The notes: generated by a model from the letters alone, not told the origin. Shown: positions 38,838-53,779, numbered from the stretch's first letter. The stretch: 64,000 nucleotides of DNA from Octopus sinensis (GCF_006345805.1 NC_042997.1:62434001-62498000), one strand, 5' to 3'. Program-made: numbers and translations.

Positions 38838-39240
38838 GTAGTCAGACATTCATCAGTACTGTGTGTTATGCAGATGACGGTAATGGTTTGATTGGAAGAT
38901 ATTTTCAAAAGAGAAGTAACAGTGAATGAAATAATAGAAACGATAGGGCGCTGAACTTGTTACTAAGCAACTTTTAGTATTTTCAAATAGGTTCCGAGTT
39001 TAAATCACCGTTGCTTTGATTCTGTTTTCTATCTCTCTGTATCGCATATAATTCTGTAGAGAATATATTTCAAGATTTTTAGCTTGATCAGTATTTCATA
39101 GACTTGCTCCTCGATGTATGTATGTATGTATGTATGTATGTATGTATGTATGTATGTATGTATGTATGTGTATATGATTATATACATTACATACACATAC
39201 ATGCAGGCATACATAAATACATAGATACATACACACACAC

Positions 39241-39317
<77 letters not shown>

Positions 39318-39319
39318 AA

Positions 39320-41765
39320 GAGCTGTAACTTTTTGCAGAATCTAGTTCTGTATCCTGGTGGCAATTCTAGGGATTTTGGTACTATGCAGTGGCACCCAGT
39401 CCTGCTGTTTATGTCACTGACAATGCCAAAATTTGGAACAAGTTTTTCTAGGATTTTCCAGACGTATATTACAGCGTATCTTTCCCGCCTTCGCTCTAGG
39501 AAGTAGAGTCTTAAATCTACCAGTCTCTTCCAGTAGCTGATATATCGCATTGTATCGATCTTCTTCGTGTAGCTTCGCTTGATCACCTCGTATTCTGTCG
39601 TTAATTTTGCACTGTTTGGTGACCACAGTTGGAAGCAGTAAACCAGACGGCTGAGAACGAAAGTCCTCCAGAAGACCATCATGACTTCCTTTTCTCTTGT
39701 TCTGAAAGTTCGAAGAATCCATCCTGCCAGATGTTTGTATTTTATTGCCAACTTCGTAATGTGCACCTGGAAAGATGCTTCATTACTCATGCCGATACAC
39801 AGGTCACGCACTGATTTTGATTCGAGAATTGGAATCCCACCTGGGCCAGTGTATTCTATCTGCTTTTCATTGAGCTTCCTGTGTTGGTAGCGCAGGGCTT
39901 GGAATTTTCCAACTGCATGTTATTTTCTTCAGCCTACTTGTATATTACGTCCAACTCATGTTGTAGATACACAACGTCTCCAGTATTTTGTATCCTCTGA
40001 GAGTCTTTTGTATCATCTGCATAGCTAGCAAGGGTGGCTACTTGAGCAGCTGAGGGCATTCCAGATAGGGCCAATATGAATAGCTCCGACCACAGGACAG
40101 TGTCCTGTGGAACACCACTCATTGCTTGTTTTCTCGGAGGTGGCCCCATTGACCACCACTACCTGATATCTATCTTTTAGAAAGTCATGTAGCCTTTCTT
40201 CAAGTTTTCTAACTATGCCAAGATAACGCATACCGTGGTCGACTTTGTCAAAGGCTTTTGTAAAGTCGAGGTATATTATGTCATATTTGAGTTGCTGAGC
40301 AGCTGTTTTAGCACCCAGACGTAATGCTGCAGGAGCCATGGCAAGCAGCTTCTAATTGGTCGTTGTTGAGGCGGTTTGCAATCTTTGTACGCCGTCTCAT
40401 ATGAACATTTCTCTTCCTGGTAATTTTGTTTTTATGTGCATTGGCCCTTCCCTCTGAGACAAAATTGATTGTAGCATATGGCTTGCATTACAGACATGAA
40501 AGTTTTCAATTTCATATCTATGTCAGGTGTAGAGAGACATTGGTGCCGTCCCATTTGGTGATCTCTTTCTCAGTTGATATCCGTTCTCTTTGTGGTAGTT
40601 TAGATTGGATAGATTTTGGGTGCTTCTCATAGACTGCATGTCTGTGGGTTCCTTTAGTTCATACATGGTCAGCTCTATTATGTTGTGATCTGAGATTAGT
40701 GTTGGTGTCACTTTCACTTTATTGATGAGATTCACATTGTTTATCAAGTAGAAATCAAGTACATTATTTGCCCTGGTTGTTTGGAGTGTTATTTGCTCTA
40801 TGTATAACTTATTGGTGAGATTGAGCAGGGGTTCCTCCTGGCTTTGCTCACATCGCGTCATTTCCGAGAGAAAAGGGCTTCAGGCCATTTCACATTAGGC
40901 AGGTTAAACTTTCCTATATGAAACTCATCTATTATTGCAAGGCAGTCTTCGAATAGGTCCAAGTGATTTGAAGCATCTATTGGGCGATATGTAGTACATA
41001 TGACTTTGTCGGGTTGTCTTATATGTACAATTAGCGTGTTACATACTGAATTTGAACGTGACAAATGGATCTGGAGCGTGAGATCTTCACGGATGTACAT
41101 TCCAACACCGCCATGACTCCTATCTTTTCTATCGCTTTGCAATACAACATAGTTTTGTATGTGTATTTCTACATCTGCGATGTCAGGTTTTAGGGGCGTT
41201 TTAATGTGTGCTATGCCTAAGACTTGACTGAATGCTACTAGGTTTGTCAGGAAGGTAATTTTACTTCTGTTACGGAATTATAACAGTCCTCTTACGTTTC
41301 TGAAGTATACTGGTGTTATCTCTGAGCTAATACCAGTGGAGGCCACCCTGGATCCATTGGCTGTGGCGACCTTGCGTGTTGGTGGGGACTGTTTCGACTC
41401 TGGAATTGATGAAGCCAGGTTAGTCGTTGCACATTCTTTTGAGCCATGCATAAAAAAAGATTTTGCTCAGCTGCGGCCTTATAACGGCTTCTGGACAGGA
41501 CTTTTTTTTTTTAGGTAGTGCCTTTGTGTATTGACTGTCCGACTTTTTCGTTGTACTTGCTTTTTGCTCCATTTTTACTTCTTTCATCATCCTTTTTTTT
41601 GCTTTATTTTTTAGCTCTTTATTTGCTCTTTTGTCCTGTTTGATGTGGTGTTAGAGCCATCAGTGCTGGTTTCTTTTTTCCTTGGTAGGTCTCTCAAGTT
41701 TGGTTTTTGTTTCAGGTGTGTTCCCTTGTGGATAAGTAGGTCAGGGGGAACGTCTACGCTTGTTG
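39320..41765 (-). mobile_element. CR1-group LINE, internally deleted and decayed
   Basis: APE motifs (QSDRKDRSHGGV, YRP, GKFNLP, SDHNII), [53 protein letters not shown]. Confidence 0.92.
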
Positions 41766-41767
41766 TC

Positions 41768-41798
<31 letters not shown>

Positions 41799-44700
41799 TA
41801 ACAAGGAATGAAGTGAAGCTGAAAATGCACTTCAGGAAAATACAATTATATATTTAAACTGTTATCTCCCTTACAACCACTTCATCTCATTTCATAGCAT
41901 CATTTGTATTTTTTAACGAATAGGCGAAATGAATTTTTTTCTCATTAAAGAGTTGTTCTTATTTGAAGTAGACCGTGTTATCTATAAGATTGATGCGGCT
42001 TCCGCAGTTGGGGCGAATATACTTTTGACTGTTGGAGTTGTGCTTTTGGAGAGGTGATTTGCTGGTAAATAATTTCTTTTCTGATTTGGTATGTATTTTA
42101 TTATAGCATTTTCGTCTATAACATCTTCAATTTTCTAATTAGTATTCATAGAAGTTCACACTGTGTTTTAATTTAGATTGTTCATACATTTGAACTTATA
42201 GATATGTCTTGACTAAATTAATATATGTAGCAGCAACCTTCGTCACCATCGTTGTCCTAGACAAATTCTTTGAAAATGTAGTCGTTGAATTCGAAAACAT
42301 TATTTTGTAGTATGAATATTATCCCTTAAATAATTAGTCTTTTGTCTATTTAGCGTGGGATTTCATTTGGGAATTATTTAAGCCGGAAATTCTAAGGCGT
42401 CGATGCTTCCTCGGGCTAAACAGCGGTGGTGTAATTCCCTTACTGTCACGTTAAGTTGACAGTATACAACCACTCTATCACCCCACCACCGTACATATCT
42501 CAATGAGATATTTAGAAATTGAATACTTCTGATTTTGGTGATCAGTGAATAAACTTCACTGAAAATTATATAGATATATTTACGAAGTCTAGACAGATAT
42601 CTTCAGCTAGCAGATGTTTTTGAATTTTTCCTCGGATTACGTCAAATATTTTTCTGTTGCTGCAAGCCGTTGTGTGAGTTCGATTCCGTTTGTCTTTTTG
42701 TTTTGTGTTACACGTGAAAATTTTTTGAAATGTTGTTTTTTGACTCAGTATGGTTATTTTGTAGTATGAATATTATCCCTTAAATAATTAGTATTTTGTC
42801 TATTTAGCGTGGGATTTCATTTGGGAATTATTTAAGCCGGAAATTCTAAGGCTTCTAGTCCACAGTGGGATAGTAGAATAGAAGCTTACAACATCAAATG
42901 ATACGATAATACTGTCCTTGTCAACGTTTACTACGAAGGTGGTCTATCAGTTTTAAATCATTTCTTATAAAGCTTTGTATAGGTTTCGAAATGAGATTCA
43001 ACAGTATGACTGTCGAAGCCCGATTTGAAACACTCAGGCATATGCACACACACGCACACACACACACACACACAAACGTACACGTGCATGCGTGCACTTA
43101 TACACACATACTCAAAACTTACAATCACATTCATGCACACAGACATATTTTAAATGTAAGCTGGGTATTACAGCAAGCACATGCTTAAAATATGTAACTA
43201 TATACATACCTACAAATATACAAACACACTCTCACCCATATATACTGATTTTTTCATAGGTATATTGATTGTGTGGTGGTTAAAATAATAAAGCGCGATA
43301 TAATATCATGCAGTATTATGTTCATCTCTTCTATATATTCAAACGTAAGACAACTCTGTTTAATAGTTTTTTCATAACAATGATTGCAACTGAAACGATT
43401 GGAATGTTTTTTTTAGATTTGAAAGCGCTTGTCTTAAACGAACAAAACGCTTTCAGATCTAAGAAACCATAACGTCTGCTTCTCAACTCACACCTCAATT
43501 CCTTTTATGCACTATAGCTAATTATGCATACTTTATAAACAATTCTTTTAACGAAGCAAAACAAAACTAGATATTCTACAACCCTTCTTAAAATCCCACA
43601 AATATATTTATTAGTAGCAAAATAAGACAGTAAAATACACGAACGCGCGCGCAGATACACACACATACACACACGTACACACACAAACGTACATACACAC
43701 GCACACACACACACATTCACGCACAGATTTAGTAGATAAAACTATGCATACCAAACACCCTCTCCGTGCCAGCAGTTTTATCCAAAGGAAAGACAAAGGC
43801 CGATACAGCTTGGCACCAGTAACGTCGCAATTCATTTCTGCAGCTGAGTGAACTGGAGTAACGTGAAATAAAGTATCATTCTCAAGATTATAGCACAGAG
43901 CCCAGTCCGGGAATCGAACTTACTACATCATGATTGTGAGTCAGATGCTCTAACCACTGAGCCGAGTTCACGCTAAGCCTATACGTCATTTAAACACTTC
44001 AGCCAACGTTTTTCCTAATAGAAAACTACAACCGAAATATAAGTAGATTGGCAATATATGTGAAGGGGGCGGAGATGATTCGAGAGTTCCAGGGTATTGA
44101 GGAGTGTGGAATAAACCTCATAGCCACCATTGTTCCCAGGTTGTTCTGACTCAGAATAGCAGTGCCTGTCAGGGCCTCAGCTGTGGGTTAATTAGCATGT
44201 TTGGACTTGTCTGCCTATGTATGGGAAGGCTTCTTCTGGCGGACTCTGCGGAAGAAGCGTTTATAGTTCAACAGAAAGAAAAGCAGCTACAACAATGCAT
44301 TGTGAATGCAGAGAGCAAGATGAAGCAACTAAAACATCATGTTAGCCACTGTCTCAGTTTCCATCGCCAGTTGTCTTGACCTGGTCCTGCTACAGCATGC
44401 ATTGAAGACAGTTACAGAAAGAGAATGACATTGACAGTGCGTAATTCTTCACTTTAATCAAAGTCGCCACACAGGTCATCGGTCGTCCTTAAGGATAACC
44501 AGATGTTCTTCGTCGCTTCGACAGATGTAGATGTGTATTTTAGTAATGACTGGAAATAGTACTTGTGCTTTATTATTTACGGGCTCTCATATTATATATA
44601 TATATATATAATATATTATACAGATAAGAGAAAAAAATCTATCAGAAAGGAACTCTATCTCTCTTAAAAAAATATCTTTTGATAAGCATAACAAAATGCG

Positions 44701-44841
44701 CAACCGGTAAAAAGAACTTTCACCTAATTAAATACACTCTCCCTTACTTAAATTATTTTGTCAGCATTTCTTCTTCTTTCATTTCCTTTTTTTTACGTCA
44801 CAACTCGTGTTCCACATCTCCTTTTTAAATATATATATAAT

Positions 44842-44872
<31 letters not shown>

Positions 44873-44881
44873 ATAATTATA

Positions 44882-44912
<31 letters not shown>

Positions 44913-47221
44913 AGACATACATATATATATATATTTGTAATATATATATACACACCCTATATATATATATATATACTCTGTCAGGTCGCTATCAAGCGCT
45001 ACTGGTAACATGTAACCCAGTAAGAACCTTTGCAGAGGTGTATGAGTAACGCAAAACGTATGAGTTAAAGAGTGTCTGAACCTTCTCATACTTAATCACT
45101 TTCTCACGCATCACTACATTCTAAGTTAGTTTTTCAAGGCATTATCACATCATCGATTTACAACAACCAACCAAGTTCAAACCAGCCATATTTAAATTAA
45201 TACTATTTTAATATCGCACATAGAATAGACCAACGCGGGGTGGAGCTAAGTGTGCTGTCATTTTTGATAAAATACGTATATACATGAGGGGGTGCCAGAA
45301 AATTTCTGGCTTTAGTAAAAAATAGAGGAAGAGAAGAATTATAGTTTTAGTCAACATATTCCCCTCTCAGATTTACACACTTATTGCAGTAATCCTTCAG
45401 TTTTTCTAAGCCATGTAAAAGAAAGACATAAGATGAATTCAACAGAGGAAATTGCTTGTAATTCCCGAAAGGGATTAACGAATATTTACGGACAATTGTA
45501 AACATTTCGGCTCTGCCATCTTACTCTCTTATAGGTATGCAAATACTGGGAAAATATCGACACATCATCGAAATTAAACTACGCAAATGACAGGGATCCT
45601 AAGATCAGTTTAGCTTATTGAGAAATCTGGTTGCGGGAAACACATTTACCCGGTGTACTTGGAGGAAGCAAGACAGAGAGAGGAGGGAAAGGGCGGTAGA
45701 AATTCCCCACAGTTATAGCCGAGTGGCTAAATGCTACGAAGCAATATAGCTCTTGGTTCGATCTCTGGGTGCAGTACTTTGGTTAGATGTTTCCTTCTAG
45801 ATATAGGATTTACCAAAAATTTATGTGTAAGACTTGACAGACCGAAATAATTAAGTAGCCAATCATAAACACACACACACGCACACACACACACGCGCGC
45901 GCACAACTTCGTCATAAATCCAATTTTTAAAAAAAAGTATCATGGTAATTTGCATGCAGTGTGAAATATGTGTGAAATATGTATGAAATACAGTGTGACT
46001 ATGGTATGAAGAGTATTATAACGAATTTACTTATTCGAACTTAAAGATCATATTTCGTACATTTTCTAATTTTATATTAAGAACTCGGTTTAATAATTTT
46101 CGTAACATCGTAATTCACGCACGAGTCTCTTTTCCTTTTAAGACTCCACAGAATGTACAACATATAGTGATTCCAATATTTTTTAGCAACAATGCCATAC
46201 TTTTTAAGGTTTATTTATGACATTTTGTAACCCTTTTGAACTGCGCAATTTTCAATTCTAGTGTATATTTTGTTAACCTTTTATTTAAATTTTCACAAAT
46301 TAGTTGTGAAGAGGTTAAAATGACAGAGTCAAAGAAAATATCAAGCAGTATTTCGTTTTGTCCCTAATACATTCTGGAATTTAAACTATATAAGCAGCTG
46401 GTTTATATTGGGGTCTGTTTAATCGACTGTGTCTCATGTCCTATATTTTTGTAATCAATGTATCTAAACGCTTTTAAGTAAACACAGTAGCAGCAGTGTT
46501 TTACAGGATTTGAGTTATAAGGAAGCGATGCGTATAGTTTTCACCACAATTATAATAATGGGAGAGAAGGGTTACGGCTCAATCCTGATTTAACAAACCC
46601 CACTTATTTATGAAGTACACACGCACCAGGTATTTTCATGCGTTTTTATTTAAATATAAGCAAATTGTAAAGAAATGGTATGAATTAGAGCAAAAGAAAT
46701 TTAGGTAAAATAAATCGTTAGCTGATAATTCTACTATCCTTCATAGAACTCCATAAAATAAGAACACAAAAGCAACTCACACACACATACACACACACAT
46801 ATTCATACACTCATGCAAACGCTATATGATAAACTATAAAAGGAATTTAGACACAACCATTAAACAATTTCAAATGCAGCGTTAATATTACTTTTTTTTC
46901 AATTTCAGAATTATCTCCATCATCCTTGTTATCCACTAGAGAAACGTGACTATAATGGACCACTGTCATCATTGCAATAAGATGATGTCGAGGTTTTGGG
47001 AACTTTGACGAACGTTGGTGCATTATTGTTCCTCTTTAAAATTTAACCCAAAAGAAATTTGAACGCATTAATTTTCTCATGGATATTAGTTTTGTTTGTC
47101 AGAATGATTTATTCTAAAACCTGTATTGTGTTCCAGGTATTCTGGCTTTTATCTCGACAGTGACCTCTTGTCGTGTCCTCATTAACAAGGTTCTTCATAG
47201 CACAACCGAACCGTCTTTGGT

Positions 47222-47222
47222 C

Positions 47223-47275
<53 letters not shown>

Positions 47276-48005
47276 CATTATTATCATTATTATTATCATT
47301 ATTATTATTATTCAATTTAACGCGACGAATACATTTTCAAATAAGCTTATCTTCATCTTTTTGATACGACTCTCTACTCTATACTGTTTTCTTGCTCCAT
47401 CCTTTTCTAATTCCCTTTTTCTCTCTTTCCTCCTTCACCGTTTTATAACTGTCTATCTATCTCCCCTCTTTCTCTTTCTTTCTCTCTCTCTCTCGATGCT
47501 CATACGTGACCATCGTCCATCTTTCTTTTTCTCATGTGTCGATCATTCTTTTCCAGCACGAGCATTTAAAAGACGGACGTGTTGTTCTCTCTCTCTCTCT
47601 CTTCTATCTTTTCTCTTTACAAAAAATGTGTCTCCCAGTGTTCACTATTTCTCTCTCGTTCTGGTGTAACGACCCTCCATGATTGTTTTCGTTCGGTTTC
47701 CTTGTATGTCTCCACTGTCACATTTTAGTTCCCAACCTTGACCTTCCATAGATCCTAAGTTTTATTTTAGAATGAATGGGAGCAACTGTCTTTGAAGACT
47801 CATATTCTCGTTGAATGCTCGAAATGAGGAGTAGATAGACTGCCAACAACTGATGAAGTGTCATTATTAACTTAATTTTCATTTGACGGATATTTGTCCT
47901 CATCTTGTTTGTGTTTACACGTTTCGGTTGATATAATCTCCAGCCTTCATCAGGTGTCATGGAGAATTTTCTAACCTGGGTTCTCATTCCTAAGGTATCT
48001 TTCGA

Positions 48006-48042
<37 letters not shown>

Positions 48043-48913
48043 TATTATTATTATTATTATTATTATCATTATTATCATTATTATTATCATTATTATTATT
48101 ATTCAATTTAACGCGACGAATACATTTTCAAATAAGCTTATCTTCATCTTTTTGATACGACTCTCTACTCTATACTGTTTTCTTGCTCCATCCTTTTCTA
48201 ATTCCCTTTTTCTCTCTTTCCTCCTTCACCGTTTTATAACTGTCTATCTATCTCCCCCTCTTTCTCTTTCTTTCTCTCTCTCTCTCTCTCTCTCTCGATG
48301 CTCATACGTGACCATCGTCCATCTTTCTTTTTCTCATGTGTCGATCATTCTTTTCCAGCACGAGCATTTAAAAGACGGACGTGTTGTTCTCTCTCTCTCT
48401 CTCGATGCTCATACGTGACCATCGTCCATCTTTCTTTTTCTCATGTGTCGATCATTCTTTTCCAGCACGAGCATTTAAAAGACGGACGTGTTGTTCTCTC
48501 TCTCTCTATTCTATCTTTTCTCTTTACAAAAAATGTGTCTCCCAGTGTTCACTATTTCTCTCTCGTTCTGGTGTAACGACCCTCCATGATTGTTTTCGTT
48601 CGGTTTCCTTGTATGTCTCCACTGTCACATTTTAGTTCCCAACCTTGACCTTCCATAGATCCTAAGTTTTATTTTAGAATGAATGGGAGCAACTGTCTTT
48701 GAAGACTCATATTCTCGTTGAATGCTCGAAATGAGGAGTAGATAGACTGCCAACAACTGATGAAGTGTCATTATTAACTTAATTTTCATTTGACGGATAT
48801 TTGTCCTCATCTTGTTTGTTGTTTACACGTTTCGGTTGATATAATCTCCAGCCTTCATCAGGTGTCATGGAGAATTTTCTAACCTGGGTTCTCATTCCTA
48901 AGGTATCTTTCGA

Positions 48914-48918
<5 letters not shown>
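47222..48918. repeat. Near-identical tandem duplication (~790-bp period) with an extra ~107-bp internal duplication
   Basis: 47311-48008 repeats at 48102-48918, and ~48295-48401 repeats at ~48402-48508. The left arm has a single copy (29593-30270). Confidence 0.9.
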
Positions 48919-48959
<41 letters not shown>

Positions 48960-48972
48960 TTTATTTTTGTTG

Positions 48973-49012
<40 letters not shown>

Positions 49013-49849
49013 CATCATTATTATTTCCTTCTTTCTTCAAATTTTCTTCCGTTTCTCGACGAGTATTTTCCCGTAAACCTATGCATTGCCAGGATTAGTT
49101 CGAAAGGAACCCTCCCTTCGTCAGTGATACATGTGGCAAAGAAGTAAATGAGATACTTACTCATACCCATGGAAAAAGCAAACACTAAGTCATGAGCACA
49201 ACTAAGTACCCCAAATAAATCCAAAATAGAAATACTCAAGCTCATTCAAGACACGTGCGATTTGAACTGAGGCACTCACAGAGTGGGAGAGTCCGGAAGT
49301 GAACATTATTAAATTTATATCTAATGTAGGATAAAATTTTTTCGAAAAAAATTTTTATCGATGGCCAGCATATTAAAAAATACCTTTAAAGGTTAAATTA
49401 TAATCAACTTATAAATAAGGGCAAACAAAAAAATTTCTAATGCTAAATATGCCGAAAGTTGGACATATTGTCCATTTACCATATAATTTTTTTCCCAGTA
49501 CGCACGCTACTCGAAAAAAGGCCGACAGAAATCTCTAAAAAAATTCCATTATTACCATATCGAACCGATTTCAGGGTTAGTTCAAAAAGAACCCTCTCTT
49601 CGTCAGTGGGAGACATCAATTGCATATATATGTATATATGTAAGTCTATGTGTATGTCTTAGTGTTTCTCCCTCATCACTGCTTCACAACTGGTGTTCGT
49701 TTATTTACATCCACATAACTTACTGGTTTCACAAGAAGAAACTGATAGAATAAGTACCAGGCTTATCAAAATAAAAAAAGCACTAGGCAGTTGTATCTAT
49801 CAATTTATCTTTGTATCGTGTGTGTATCTCTCTCTCTCTCTCTCTCTCT

Positions 49850-51189
49850 CTCGCTATATATATATATATATAACACCTTAATGGGGACCTTAACTCCGAA
49901 ATTTTAGTCATTTCTTTTATGATCCAAAACTACGTCAAAAGTACTGAATGGATCTTTATGAAATTTAGAAATTATATTCTATGCATATGGGCCATAACCC
50001 CCATGACAGTTCATATATTTTTGCTGTTGATGAAATTGTTACCATAGATATTAGACACAGATGAAGTAATATTTATAAAATTTCATCTTCTTACAAGCTA
50101 GAAAGACCCCTCCATGGGGACTTGACACCCACAATTTTGTCATTTTATCCAAGCAAAAACGAATACAGTCGTGCTCTTGGAAGCTGTAGGGTTACCCGGG
50201 CATAAAAGATGAGCATCATTTGTAATTCAATGGTACAACAGTGTAACAGTTTGCTTTCACATGCACTTACATTGTGATTTCTGCAATGTGCTGCATAAAT
50301 TGTCAAGTAAATGAGAGGCATCTTTGACTCCACTGATTCAGTTGCAAAGTGTTGAGTAAAGTTATTTGATTGCAGATCTCCTTTCAGTCTTTTTATTATC
50401 ACTGGGTTACACATAGTCCCCAGATGGTAACATTGATTTCAAAGCCTTCCCAGATGAGTGACTGGTTTTTCAAAGACATTTTTAGATTGTAAATTTATTC
50501 TGTCCAGTTATGTATCAGCATAGTGGTCATTTGCAAACTCCAGAGGTGACACTTTCAGTTCTCCTTGCCTCTCACGTCACACAGTTGCTAATTTTTATTT
50601 CAGTTGGGTCACACCCTTCCAATTACTATACATTCGTAATGCATCTTATAGCTGTGCCTGTCACCTGGATGGTGAGGAATCCTACATTGGAAGTGGTAAT
50701 GACTAGGGCAGGGTAACTGACTGCTTATTGTGATCATTCGTCTTTTGGTTTCCTGTAGCTTTGCTCTCTTTTACAAACCCAGTGAACATATATTTCCTAT
50801 TTCAAAGAAATTCAAACAATAGTTATAAGACCCAAGTTAAAAAGATCCTCAACAATTCGACTTCTCTGATTGACATTAAGATGCCCACCCCCAACAGGGG
50901 CCTTAACTCTCACATTTTAGGGCTCCATGACCTTCAATTTTCAAGAGCAAAATCTTTTTAACAGGTTCAATAAGACTAGAATTTTGGAATATGCGCATAA
51001 AAATTAGTAGTATGGGATAGATGTGGCACGATTAGAATTTTTTAGGGTGTGTAAAGAGGGAAATAACCCTCATCTGCAATTTTGATGAAATTCGAAACAT
51101 AGATATTCCAATTCATTACAGAAAATATGACAGAAAAGTCTAATTCTTCAATTGCTTGTAACACGGGCAACGCCAGGTATCTCCGCTAG
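49850..51189 (+). mobile_element. Putative non-autonomous Helitron-like element (only the 3' end is well supported)
   Basis: 3' end CACGGGCAACGCCAGGTATCTCCGCTAG|T (subterminal GC-rich motif plus CTAG) coincides with the point where homology to the left arm resumes. The 5' boundary is a guess. Confidence 0.5.
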
Positions 51190-51452
51190 TCATAAATAGG
51201 TGGTTGTTGAAGGAAATAGATGGTGAATAGATCATATTCAACTGGTTTATAGATCATATAATAGATCATATTCAACTGGGGATGTCAGCCATAGAAACAA
51301 ACGAATCTTTGCACCCTTTGGGTCAGCTGAGGTCAAATGTGTTTACTACTACAAGTGACCACTGAGAGCGCTCCATTGGCCTTGAAAAGAAGAAATTCAA
51401 CCAGTTCTATTGTAATGACTGGTAGAAAAAAAAATATTGCATATATATACTC

Positions 51453-51455
<3 letters not shown>

Positions 51456-51527
<72 letters not shown>

Positions 51528-51833
51528 CTATACATATATACATATACACATATATATATATATACATATATACATATACACATATATATATATATACATA
51601 TATATATAAATACACACACATATATATACATACATACATACATACATACACACACACATACACAAATACACACGTACATACACACACACATACACACATA
51701 CATAGATACATACACACATACATATACATACACACATACGTACACACACGCACATACACACATACACGCATGCGCACATACATACATATATACACATACA
51801 CATACACATACATGCGCACATACATACACACAC

Positions 51834-51864
<31 letters not shown>

Positions 51865-53450
51865 CACACATACATATACACACACATACACACATACATA
51901 CACACATACATAGACACATATATACATACACACACACATACATATACATACATACATACAGACACGCACATGTACACATACACGCATGCACACATACATA
52001 CATACATACATACATACACACACATACTATACACACATACATACATACACACACGCGTACATATACATACATACACATACACATACACACACACACTTAC
52101 ACACATACACCCGTACATACATACATACACACACACTTACGTAAACACACATACATACACACTTACACACATACACACACATACATACATACACACACGC
52201 ATACACACATACATACATATATACACACATACATACACACATACATACATAGATACATACATACACAAACATACATATACATACATACATACACACACAC
52301 ATACATACACACGCACGCACACATACATACACACACATACATACACACACACGTACATACATACATACATACACACAAACTTACACACATACACATACAT
52401 AGATACATACATACACACACATACACATACATACATACATACATACATACATACATACATACATACGCACATACATACACACACATATACATACATACAC
52501 ACATACACACACATATATATACATACATACATACATACACACACACATGCACACATACACGCATGCACACATACATACACACACACACATACATACACTA
52601 CATACATAAATACATACATACATACACACACATACATAAACATACATATGTACACACACGCACATACACACATACACGCATGCAAAAATACATACATACA
52701 CACATACGTACATACATACATACATACATACATACATACATACACACACACTTACACACATACACACACACATACATACATACGTACGTACATACATACA
52801 TACACACACACATACATACACACACATACATACATACATACACACATACACACACACATACATACATACACAAACGCATACATACACACATATACACACA
52901 CACATACACACATACATACATACACACATGCATACATATACATACATACACATACACACACATACACACATACACACATACATACACACACACATATAAA
53001 CACACATATAAGCCCCTACATTGTACACACACGCACACATATATACATACATTCACTCGCACGCACGTACACACACACGCACACACACACACACATTTAC
53101 ATATATATATATACTATACACTCACACACACATACACACGTACAAACACACACAAACTCACATACACACCGACAGATATACATACACAATATACACCTAT
53201 CCGCGCACGCACGAATACACACAAACACATACAAACGCACACATACACGCACACATATACACGTACATACATACACTCTCACACAAATGAACCAACATAT
53301 ACATCCCTACACACACACGCGCACGTACAAGCACACACGTACTAGGTTAAACAGTTTCTCGCCACACACCCACACTCTACGCATACACACACGAACACAC
53401 ACATGCACAACACACACACACACACTACAAACAACACACACACATGATAC
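51456..53450. repeat. ~2-kb compound (TA)/(CA)/(CATA) microsatellite
   Basis: Continuous degenerate AC/ACAT repeats; the source of many spurious H/T/Y and C/V/M ORFs. Confidence 0.97.
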
Positions 53451-53779
53451 ATATAGCCTTTGTTTTTTGTTTTCTGACCCGGCTTTGACCTGGCTTGACA
53501 CAAACAGCTAGTAGTCATCATCACAGCTGGCTTTGTCATTGCTTTTATTCACCAAAAATACACACACACACACGCACGCACAAACACACTTGTCATCTTG
53601 CACACACACACACACACACACACACACAGGCATTCCTTTTTTTTTTTAACTCTCTTGCATTATAAAACCATATTTCAACTACCTTCAAATTCTGTTCTTT
53701 CAACATGTGATCTCTTTAGCACCACCAGCTCAAATATTTTCTCCTCTGTCTTCCCTCTTTGGGATCTTTCCTTCTCCTT

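Larger units (their letters stand above)
38145..38844. repeat. Tandem duplication, 2 x ~350 bp, each unit carrying a hammerhead ribozyme
   Basis: 38145-38496 and 38497-38844 are nearly identical (6-bp indel, ~2 substitutions). Confidence 0.95.

Noticed and set aside
43250-43600. Dense single-base deletions relative to the left arm (also ~45100-45350)
   Set aside because: The pattern resembles long-read consensus error rather than biology; it also cautions against over-reading individual frameshifts in this assembly.
44104-44379. 91-aa ORF with coiled-coil-like stretch (mirror ~31960-32240)
   Set aside because: No recognisable domain, GTG start and no convincing splice context; it cannot be assigned without a database search.
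46909-46980. Possible terminal exon after a TTTTTTTTCAATTTCAG acceptor (NYLHHPCYPLEKRDYNGPLSSLQ*)
   Set aside because: Only 23 aa, with no upstream exon or homology; such acceptors occur by chance in AT-rich DNA.
49090-49610. Two hammerhead-like motifs on the minus strand (CTGACGA-hairpin-GAAC)
   Set aside because: Both read GAACTAA rather than GAAA...UH, and no stem I or III can be formed.
51970-53511. 513-aa H/T/Y/I-rich ORF and overlapping C/V/M/Y ORFs
   Set aside because: Translation of a CA/CATA microsatellite, which simply lacks stop codons. The same applies to ORFs at 3044, 13051-13967, 16309-16809, 23383-23821, 35613-35945 and 60784-61281.
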